Positions 56,706 through 64,000 of a stretch of DNA of 64,000 nucleotides are shown one piece after another. Made by a program: the position numbers and the translations under genes. How positions within the stretch are numbered: the first letter of the stretch is position 1; each line of letters opens with the position of its first letter. This DNA is from an uncultured Candidatus Saccharibacteria bacterium. GTDB taxonomy: Bacteria > Patescibacteriota > Minisyncoccia > Phycocordibacterales > UBA918. The stretch covers positions 18,134-82,133 of the forward strand of contig CAYGKO010000001.1 of NCBI GenBank assembly GCA_964350735.1, given 5' to 3'. The notes beneath the pieces are model-generated. The model searched no databases, was not told the origin of the DNA, and saw only the letters and a program-made list of their open reading frames with translations.

Positions 56706-57749
56706 ATGCAAACTGCCACAAAACGACAAACTGCCACCAAAAAAGCATCTGTTCGGAAGGATAAATCCAAGCAAACCGACAAGCCACGAGTTGTATCACT
56801 ATTTTCAGGGTCTGGAGGAATGGACCTTGGTTTCAAAGCATCTGGATTCAATATCCTATGGGCAAATGACGTTGACCATTGGGCATGTCAGACTTTCAAA
56901 AAAAACTTCGGGGACCACATAGTTGAAGGTAGTATTTGTGACATCAAAAACGAAGAAGTACCAGACTGCGACATTATTTTAGGAGGATTCCCCTGCCAAG
57001 ATTTTTCAATGATTTGGAAGCGTGCTGGTATTAAATCTGAGCGAGGAAATTTGTACAGGCACTTCGTGAGAATTGTGACTGACAAACGACCAAAGGTATT
57101 CATTGCTGAAAACGTGAAGGGTCTAATTAGCGCAAATGGTGGCAAGGCAGTAGAACAAATAGTAGCAGACTTCGCTAATGCTGGATATAAAGTATCAGTA
57201 AACAAGATTAATTTTGCTCACTATGGTGCACCCCAGTTACGCGAACGAGTGCTTATTATAGGAACGCGAAATGACTTACCAAAAGAATTTGAATTTCCAA
57301 AACCAACACATACTCCTGCTAATTTTGTTACTGCAAAAGTGGCTCTTGAAGGGGCTGAAAAGGCACTCTACAACAACGAACACCAAAATATTATGCCCTC
57401 AACTGTTGCAAAACTTCGCATTATTCCGCCAGGTGGCAACTTCACTGACATACCAAAAGATTCTCCTCACTATGTAAAGGGAATGATTTCACATGTGTAT
57501 CGTCGCTTGCATCCTGACAAACCATCCACTACTATCATTGCTGGGGGTGGAGGAGGTACTTGGGGCTATCACTATGCAGAACCACGACCACTTACAAATC
57601 GTGAACGCGCCCGTTTATTTGGATATCCTGATAACTTCCAATTTGAAGGCTCTATTGCTGAAGTGCGTAGACAGATTGGTAACTCGGTCCCCCCTGCTGG
57701 TATAAAGCCTATTGCTCGAGCAATAAGGCGATATCTACGAGAAGTATAA
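56706..57749 (+). CDS. DNA (cytosine-5) methyltransferase
   Basis: FSGSGG, GFPCQ, ENV, Q.RER, RE.ARL..P, QIGNSV. Confidence 0.96.
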   Translation: MQTATKRQTATKKASVRKDKSKQTDKPRVVSLFSGSGGMDLGFKASGFNILWANDVDHWACQTFKKNFGDHIVEGSICDIKNEEVPDCDIILGGFPCQDFSMIWKRAGIKSERGNLYRHFVRIVTDKRPKVFIAENVKGLISANGGKAVEQIVADFANAGYKVSVNKINFAHYGAPQLRERVLIIGTRNDLPKEFEFPKPTHTPANFVTAKVALEGAEKALYNNEHQNIMPSTVAKLRIIPPGGNFTDIPKDSPHYVKGMISHVYRRLHPDKPSTTIIAGGGGGTWGYHYAEPRPLTNRERARLFGYPDNFQFEGSIAEVRRQIGNSVPPAGIKPIARAIRRYLREV

Positions 57750-57769
57750 AATTAAATTGTAATAAACGT

Positions 57770-58816
57770 ATGGAACTATTATTTTCTAATGTTAAACCAT
57801 GCGAGTACAACAACTCCTCATTCAGTGAGGCTTTTGAACTAGGGGTAGTAAATTCCGATGAAGTAAATATTGCTACAGGCTATGTTTCTGAAGAATCACT
57901 ACTAGAACTAAAGTCTATTCTTTCGTTTTATGCTGAAAATAATAAAGCAAAAAAGTGTAGCCTGGTAATCGGAATGCACGGAAGAGAAGGTTTTACTCGC
58001 CCTCAATATGAAGCAGCTGTAGAGCTTGGTAAATTTTTAGCCGATAATTCACTTGGGGGTGTATTTGTTTGCACAGCATTCCGTTTTCATGGAAAGACTT
58101 ACGTGTTTTACAAAAAAACTAGCCCTGTGTCAGCAATACTAGGCTCTTCTAATTTGAGTAATATTGTAGGCAACCGACAGTGGGAGGTTGATACAAAAAT
58201 TACCGAGAAAGAACCATTGAAGCAGCTGACTAGCTTACATACTGACCTGGCTAACAAAGCCTCTCGTAACATCCTGGAGATAGAAACACCCTCTTCTTTC
58301 ACTGAAACAAACGATTTACTTCAAGATAGAATTGGTGTCGACAAGGCTGATTCTGACTTATACGCACAAGCTGAGGACTCACTAACTGGTGTTGTGTTTG
58401 ACCTACCTCTTAAAGCAACTGAAAAAAGTAATTTGAACGTCTACTTTGGAAAAGGGCGTTTAGCAACAAAAACTGGAGCTATCCGACCGCGACACTGGTA
58501 CGAAGTAGAATTAATTGTACCTATTGATATCACCTCCTCTACGCTGTATCCTAAAAAAGGTTCGACCATTCACGTCTACACAGACGATGGCTGGTCCTTC
58601 AAGTGCAAAGCAGAAGGCCAAAACAGCAAGAACTTCCGTTCAGAAAATGACTTAAGAACACTTGGAAGATGGATTAAAGGACGCCTCGAACGAGCTGGAT
58701 GCTTACAGGTCGGCAAGCCAGTCACTGAAGAGGTGCTCGAATCTTACGGACGAAAAACTATTTCACTTAAACAAACAAAAGACCCGGAGCTTTGGCTGCT
58801 AGACTTTTCACGATAA
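57770..58816 (+). CDS. PLD-family restriction endonuclease (NgoFVII family; R subunit of an NgoAVII/CglI-type system)
   Basis: IATGY, FHGK.Y, GSSNL PLD motifs; C-terminal R.WYE.E, TDDG..F, SKNFRS..DL..LG.WIKG. Confidence 0.85.
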   Translation: MELLFSNVKPCEYNNSSFSEAFELGVVNSDEVNIATGYVSEESLLELKSILSFYAENNKAKKCSLVIGMHGREGFTRPQYEAAVELGKFLADNSLGGVFVCTAFRFHGKTYVFYKKTSPVSAILGSSNLSNIVGNRQWEVDTKITEKEPLKQLTSLHTDLANKASRNILEIETPSSFTETNDLLQDRIGVDKADSDLYAQAEDSLTGVVFDLPLKATEKSNLNVYFGKGRLATKTGAIRPRHWYEVELIVPIDITSSTLYPKKGSTIHVYTDDGWSFKCKAEGQNSKNFRSENDLRTLGRWIKGRLERAGCLQVGKPVTEEVLESYGRKTISLKQTKDPELWLLDFSR

Positions 58817-58821
58817 ATAAT

Positions 58822-60696
58822 ATGGATTATCTAAATAACTACTTAAAGAGGGTTGAGAAAGACAAGCCAGGGTTAGCCCCGGCATTAAGACATAGTGCTG
58901 AACACTTTACAAAAGAACACATCGAAACTTTTGACTTCAATAGTCACAAATCTGGGCTTCTTTTTGGTCATGTACAAAGTGGTAAAACCGGGCAAATGCT
59001 TGCCATAGCGGCAGCGGCAGCTGACCATGGTTTCAAGTTTTTTATTTTAGTTACAACAGACAACGTTATCCTGCAAAAACAAACGCTGGAGCGGGCAAAG
59101 TCTGCTCTTGGGGGTTTTATGGCCGGCTTTAATGTGTTGGGAGAAATGGATGAGCAAGCTTTCTTGACACGTGGATTACAAATGCCGACTCTTCTGGTAC
59201 TGAAGAAGAACTCGAGTGTATTAAAAACTTGGGCAAACAACATTAGTGCAAACCCTACGTACAGGGATGAACCCCTTTTGATTCTCGATGATGAAGCAGA
59301 TGCATCTAGCCTTAACACAAAGGTCAATAAGGAGGAGCAGAGCACTATTAATATGCTTCTCGAGAAAATCAACAAGCAGGCTCCATCTAGTATGTACCTG
59401 CATATTACTGCCACTCCTCAGTCGCTAGTTCTACAAGTTGCTCAATCTGGATGGAAACCTCAATTCTCTTTCTACCTGCCCCCAGGTAAAGGATACCTCG
59501 GAGGAGACTTTTTCTATGGTGAAGATTCTCACTGCTTAGTTGAGACAGAAGATGGAGAGAGGGATGATTTAATTAACGCTGAACACGTTCCCCATGGCCT
59601 CCGTAAAGCAGCTCTGCATTTTTTAATTGCTGCTTCTGAGAGATTTTTAACCAAGAGCAGCGATGTGTGCACCATGCTTATTCATCCAGGCCTACGCATT
59701 AGTGAACATACCGTGGTCAGTAGTAAGATTGAAAGATTTCTGGAGGGAGTAAAAACTGATTTAATCGCAGGCTCTAAGACCCTAGAGTTTGATTTACGGG
59801 ATGCATGGGAAGAACTCTCTAAAACAAAAACCGACATTACCCCGTTTAATGACATCATGTCTTTTCTGGCGAGTGATATGCCCCCAGCAAACATCGTTGT
59901 ATTAAATTCGAAAGCACCGGATGGAACATCCTATGAAAAAGGGTTGAATATTGTCATTGGTGGCAACACACTAGGTCGTGGCGTTACTTTCCCTGGCTTA
60001 CACGTAGTATATTACTGTCGCAGTTCGAAGAAGCCACAAGCCGATACATATTGGCAGCACGCTCGAATATTCGGTTATGACAGAGACCAAGGTTTGTGCC
60101 GTATCTTCAGCCCTAGGCCACTACTCAAGCTCTTTAGGGAGCTAAATGACGCCAATAATGCCCTCTTCGAAACATTGGAACAGAAAGGACCTGGTGCAGT
60201 AAGCATACTAAGTCCCGCTGGAACACGTCCGACACGACCAAGCGTGGTTAAGAAGGATGATTTATTAGTAATTGCAGGTAACGTAAACTACTTCCCTACA
60301 TTCCCTACTGACTCAAATACTGCAAAAATTGATGCTGTTTTGGGTGCAAAAGATGACGAACGTGAAATATCACTCAATGAAGCAATTAAGATACTGGAGC
60401 TTGTTAAGGTCGAAAAAGGAGACCTGTGGCACCGTCATTCATTTCCAGACTGCATCGAGACACTGAAAAAAAGAACAAAGTTACCTTGTAAATTAATCGT
60501 TCGGACTGAGCGAAACATCGGTAAAGGAACCGGCACCCTACTCTCGCCAGTTGACCGAAAAATCGGCGCCGACCACAAAAATCAACTAGTGCTAACTATG
60601 TATCGACTTACTGGTGAGAAATGGGATGGTAAACCACTTTGGGTACCTAACATCAAATTCCCTGAAGAAACTTACTTTTACTTTCAGATGAAATAG
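58822..60696 (+). CDS. DEAD-like ATPase with Z1 domain (H/N subunit of an NgoAVII/CglI-type system)
   Basis: GHVQSGKT, DDEAD, TATP, GGN.LGRG.T, DT..Q..R.FGY. Confidence 0.88.
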   Translation: MDYLNNYLKRVEKDKPGLAPALRHSAEHFTKEHIETFDFNSHKSGLLFGHVQSGKTGQMLAIAAAAADHGFKFFILVTTDNVILQKQTLERAKSALGGFMAGFNVLGEMDEQAFLTRGLQMPTLLVLKKNSSVLKTWANNISANPTYRDEPLLILDDEADASSLNTKVNKEEQSTINMLLEKINKQAPSSMYLHITATPQSLVLQVAQSGWKPQFSFYLPPGKGYLGGDFFYGEDSHCLVETEDGERDDLINAEHVPHGLRKAALHFLIAASERFLTKSSDVCTMLIHPGLRISEHTVVSSKIERFLEGVKTDLIAGSKTLEFDLRDAWEELSKTKTDITPFNDIMSFLASDMPPANIVVLNSKAPDGTSYEKGLNIVIGGNTLGRGVTFPGLHVVYYCRSSKKPQADTYWQHARIFGYDRDQGLCRIFSPRPLLKLFRELNDANNALFETLEQKGPGAVSILSPAGTRPTRPSVVKKDDLLVIAGNVNYFPTFPTDSNTAKIDAVLGAKDDEREISLNEAIKILELVKVEKGDLWHRHSFPDCIETLKKRTKLPCKLIVRTERNIGKGTGTLLSPVDRKIGADHKNQLVLTMYRLTGEKWDGKPLWVPNIKFPEETYFYFQMK

Positions 60697-60697
60697 G

Positions 60698-61114
60698 ATG
60701 TCTACTTGCGAAGAGGTAATCAGTGATGTAAGTATAAAAGACAACGTTCTCGGGTGGATGGCAGTAGAAATGCACTCTTCAGCTACACAAGAAATGTATT
60801 ACCCAGCAATAGCCACACTTTTTACTCTAATGGAGCAGACACTCAAGTGGGCAACAAATAGCGAGTCGGAGGATAAGTTGTTTGCAGTTATTAATTTAGC
60901 TAATAAGATGGAGCTAATTACAAACGAAGAACGTTTGTTTCTTCACGAACTTAGAATGAGTCGTAATAAATACGTGCACGCAAATTTTCATTCAGAGGCA
61001 TTCGAGTGGAGTGGTCTACTGCATCCTGTAAATGACTCATCTACAGCTGAAGCGTTGTACGACCATTATTCATTACCAACTCTTCAAATAATGTTGAAAT
61101 TATTAAGCTATTGA
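60698..61114 (+). CDS. Small helical protein with HEPN-like RxxxxH motif
   Basis: E..LK N-terminal helix and LR..RNKYVH; starts 1 nt after the ATPase stop. Confidence 0.55.
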   Translation: MSTCEEVISDVSIKDNVLGWMAVEMHSSATQEMYYPAIATLFTLMEQTLKWATNSESEDKLFAVINLANKMELITNEERLFLHELRMSRNKYVHANFHSEAFEWSGLLHPVNDSSTAEALYDHYSLPTLQIMLKLLSY

Positions 61115-61251
61115 GGTTTGAATGTAAATTGTAGTGTCGTTTGTCCGTTCGAAAATAGTTAGAACTTCCTCTACTAACTGGCCCAGCATTTTTGAGCAAG
61201 CTTTATAAGGTTTTTTGGATACCCCAGTAGGAAGTTCGAACTAAATGGCAT

Positions 61252-62487
61252 CTACTCGTACCGCAACGCTTCAATCGGACTCTTCTTAGACGCTTGGTTG
61301 GCTGGATAGATACCAAAAATGAGACCCACGGTAGCAGACACTCCTACACCCAATAATGCGCCTGTCACCGGGAAACTAAATGCCCACCCTTCTGCAACCG
61401 TTTGAGCCAATACAACCGATACCCCCAATGAAATGAGTGCCCCGATAATGGTCCCAATGATTCCACCAATACTCGTGAGGATGATTGCTTCGGTTAAAAA
61501 CTGCGTCAGAATATCTTTGCTACGTGCGCCTAAAGCTTTCCTTAATCCAATCTCCTTGGTTCGCTCTGACACCGACACCAACATGATATTCATAATTCCA
61601 ATACCGCCTACCACCAAAGAAATAGACACTACTGCAATCAGAAACGCTGTGAAGACATTTACAATTGTCTCGATTTGCTCAATGACGTCCTCTTGCGTAT
61701 TCACCTGAAAATCATCATCTTCACCAAAACCGATATCATGAGTGTCCCGCAGAGTGAGTGTAATGTCATACGCCATTTTTTCAACGTTGGCAGCATCGTC
61801 CGCCACTAGATACACTTCATTGAAAAAGCTATTTCCAGTGATATACGTCTGTGCGCTCGTTTGAGGCAACATCACCAAGGTATCAATATTCAAGCCAGCA
61901 ATACTACCAGCTTCAGCAAACACCCCGACCACCTTAAATTTTCTATCACCTATCTGAATCTGTTCACCAACTGCACGACCGTTCCCAAAAATATCATTCT
62001 TGACGTCATGTCCAATCATTGCCACCCGAGCAACCTGGTCAATATCATCTTGGGTGTAAAACTGTCCATCACGTACTTCAAAACCAATCAACTCAGATAA
62101 GAACTCAACCGAAGCCCCAAGAATAGTCGGTCTGAATTGCTCGCCTCGGTATTCAATTGATTCTGAGACCACCACCAATGGTGCGTATTCAACCAAGTTG
62201 GGTACGTTTTGTTTGCGACCAAGCGCATCAAGGTCAGTTTGAGTGATTGATTGTGCAAATAGTGCAGCTGTAATATCTGTTGTATTACCGCCTGGGCTAA
62301 GTACTACCGTTTCTGGACCAAGACCACTCACTTGGTCCAAGATAAGATTCTGCGCCCCTTGCCCGAGCGACATAACAATAATAATCGCCGCTACACCAAT
62401 GACGATGCCGAGAATAGTCAGAGCTGAACGAGTGAGGTGTGTGCGTAACCCCCTGAATGCTGTAATAAGGACGTGTTTGAAAGGCAT
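61252..62487 (-). CDS. MacB/FtsX-type ABC transporter permease
   Basis: RS.LT.LGIVIG, GGIGIMNIMLVSV.ERT.EIG.RKALGA, P.EALRYE. Confidence 0.93.
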   Translation of the reverse strand: MPFKHVLITAFRGLRTHLTRSALTILGIVIGVAAIIIVMSLGQGAQNLILDQVSGLGPETVVLSPGGNTTDITAALFAQSITQTDLDALGRKQNVPNLVEYAPLVVVSESIEYRGEQFRPTILGASVEFLSELIGFEVRDGQFYTQDDIDQVARVAMIGHDVKNDIFGNGRAVGEQIQIGDRKFKVVGVFAEAGSIAGLNIDTLVMLPQTSAQTYITGNSFFNEVYLVADDAANVEKMAYDITLTLRDTHDIGFGEDDDFQVNTQEDVIEQIETIVNVFTAFLIAVVSISLVVGGIGIMNIMLVSVSERTKEIGLRKALGARSKDILTQFLTEAIILTSIGGIIGTIIGALISLGVSVVLAQTVAEGWAFSFPVTGALLGVGVSATVGLIFGIYPANQASKKSPIEALRYE

Positions 62488-62490
62488 AGA

Positions 62491-63210
62491 TTATTTGCTG
62501 AATTCAGCCTTGGCATTACGACGGTTTTTAATTGGTTCGTCTCGCTCGACCAAACCATCTACTATATAAATCATACGGTCAGCGTGTTCAGCGGTAAAAG
62601 TTTCGTGGGTAATCAAAATAACCGTGTGTCCCAGCTCATCATGCAATCGTTGCAATGTTTGCATAACAGCTTGTCCCGTTTTGGAATCGAGGTTTCCAGT
62701 TGGTTCGTCGGCAAAAATAACACTAGGACCATTTACCAATGCTCTGGCGATAGCCACTCGCTGCTTTTCTCCCCCTGAAAGCTTGTAGGTTTCGTAATCA
62801 AGACGGTGAGAAAGACCGACAATTTCTACCACCTCTTCGACTCGCTCTTTCCATTCTGATTCTGGACGACCGGAATACATCAGCGGCAACTGCACATTTT
62901 CAAAGACGGTTTGTCGTGGCAACAGATTAAACGACTGGAACACAAACCCCATATCAGTGTTACGGATTCGAGCAATCTCATCGTCCGTGTGCTCACTATA
63001 ACTACGACCCTTGAACTTATAGTCTCCAGCCGTGTGGTCAGCCAGAAACCCCAGGATATGAAGCAGCGTCGACTTCCCCGAACCAGACGGTCCCATGATG
63101 GATACGAACTCACCAGCCTCAATGGCAAAATCAAGACCCTTGAGAACCTTGGTATCGGTAATTTCACCAAAGTACGTTTTCTCTAATTTTTCTACCGCAA
63201 AGAGACTCAT
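62491..63210 (-). CDS. ABC transporter ATP-binding protein (LolD/MacB-like)
   Basis: [33 protein letters not shown]. Confidence 0.95.
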   Translation of the reverse strand: MSLFAVEKLEKTYFGEITDTKVLKGLDFAIEAGEFVSIMGPSGSGKSTLLHILGFLADHTAGDYKFKGRSYSEHTDDEIARIRNTDMGFVFQSFNLLPRQTVFENVQLPLMYSGRPESEWKERVEEVVEIVGLSHRLDYETYKLSGGEKQRVAIARALVNGPSVIFADEPTGNLDSKTGQAVMQTLQRLHDELGHTVILITHETFTAEHADRMIYIVDGLVERDEPIKNRRNAKAEFSK

Positions 63211-63212
63211 AG

Positions 63213-64000
63213 TTAGTTTTCAATTCGAGCTATATCGTCTTCACTGGCAAAGGTAATGATTTTTTCTCCACCAGTAAGGCCAGAAATAACTTCTGTTTTC
63301 CCGTCTGAGCCTCGCAAACCAGTTTCAATCCTCACCTCTTCTATGGTCTCTTCTGGCGTAACAAGACGGACAAATTTTCCATCAGCGTCTTCATAAATAG
63401 AGCGGGTGGTAATCGCCACAACATCTGTTCGTTTAGCAGTTGTAATGTCGATGTCAGCTGACAAGCCATCACGTATCTTGTCGTTAATTTCATCAAACAC
63501 TAAAGTGACTTCAAACACCCGTACCCCATCTACCAATGTAGCGTTTGGAGATATTCGCTCTACGTGTGCTAAAAAGAAGTCGTCATCGTAGGCATCAAAA
63601 TGTACTCTTGCTTCATCATCTTGGGTGATTTCTGCAATATCTACTTCCGATATAGAAACGATTAACTCATATTGCCCTTTTGAAATGAGCGACACAGCTG
63701 GAGCAGTAGCAGACACAATCTGACCAACTTCTGTATACGTATTTGTAACCACACCAGAGAATGGTGCGATAAGTGTCATGTTATCGAATTGTACTTGAGC
63801 AGATTGAACTGACGCCTGCATTTGTCGCACCAATGCTCGCTGCGCTGCTACTCGTTCGTCTCTAGCTGACCCAGACACCTGTGTGAGTTGTGTCTGTCCT
63901 TGATTCAGAGCAGACTCAGCTGCTCTCACTGCACTTTCAGCACTCGCAATCGCCAAATCACGGTTTTCTACTATTGAATTATAGGCATTGAGGTTTGCCA
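63213..64000 (-). CDS. Periplasmic adaptor (HlyD/MacA-like) subunit, 5' end outside the window
   Basis: Coiled coil, APFSGVV, SEVDI, V.FDAY, G.T E...GL. Confidence 0.85.
   Translation of the reverse strand, partial: ANLNAYNSIVENRDLAIASAESAVRAAESALNQGQTQLTQVSGSARDERVAAQRALVRQMQASVQSAQVQFDNMTLIAPFSGVVTNTYTEVGQIVSATAPAVSLISKGQYELIVSISEVDIAEITQDDEARVHFDAYDDDFFLAHVERISPNATLVDGVRVFEVTLVFDEINDKIRDGLSADIDITTAKRTDVVAITTRSIYEDADGKFVRLVTPEETIEEVRIETGLRGSDGKTEVISGLTGGEKIITFASEDDIARIEN

Larger units (their letters stand above)
51808..61184. mobile_element. tRNA-His-integrated genomic island (~9.4 kb) carrying an RM defence system
   Basis: Integrase abuts the tRNA 3' end; accessory cargo; housekeeping ABC genes resume at 61252; shared GCCC core at 51808-51811 and 61181-61184 restores an open integrase frame. 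The right boundary is inferred. Confidence 0.75.

Noticed and set aside
51808-61184. Prophage
   Set aside because: No terminase, capsid, tail or lysis genes within the island
173-63591. Numerous short antisense or overlapping ORFs in the six-frame track
   Set aside because: They shadow well-supported genes on the opposite strand or frame and show no protein motifs
1-64000. CRISPR array or rRNA
   Set aside because: No regularly spaced direct repeats with unique spacers and no rRNA-like segment seen

Overview
A 64-kb chromosomal segment that looks like a Patescibacteria/CPR (Parcubacteria, Kaiserbacteria-like) genome. This is inferred from the housekeeping gene style, rplK without rplA, split ribosomal operons, a single-chain GlyRS and a CofE-like folate ligase. 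Most genes are on the minus strand. They include translation genes (efp, rpsR-ssb-rpsF, metG, glyS, ileS, argS, tuf-rpsJ, rplCDWB, rplK, nusG-secE), a compact dTTP/one-carbon cluster (glyA, MazG-like, tmk, thyX, NUDIX, dcd, NDT-like, CofE-like), a class I ribonucleotide reductase with the ATP-cone on NrdB, and a MacAB-type ABC exporter. A ~9.4-kb island is integrated at the 3' end of tRNA-His (about 51808-61184). It carries a large serine recombinase, ssDNA-handling genes, a long structured non-coding region and an NgoAVII/CglI-type restriction-modification system with an extra HEPN-like gene. The most notable unannotated signals are: (1) two perfect tRNA-Ile(GAU) anticodon-arm mimics in the ileS leader; (2) an integrase whose C-terminus is predicted to switch between integrated and excised states; (3) four ERIC-like ~110-130-nt hairpin elements with conserved internal loops but divergent stems; (4) large structured non-coding regions upstream of nrdB and inside the island; (5) an NrdA with no C-terminal redox cysteines; (6) a TrpR-like gene bracketed by an identical palindrome. 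All calls come from reading motifs by eye; no database searches or folding programs were run.
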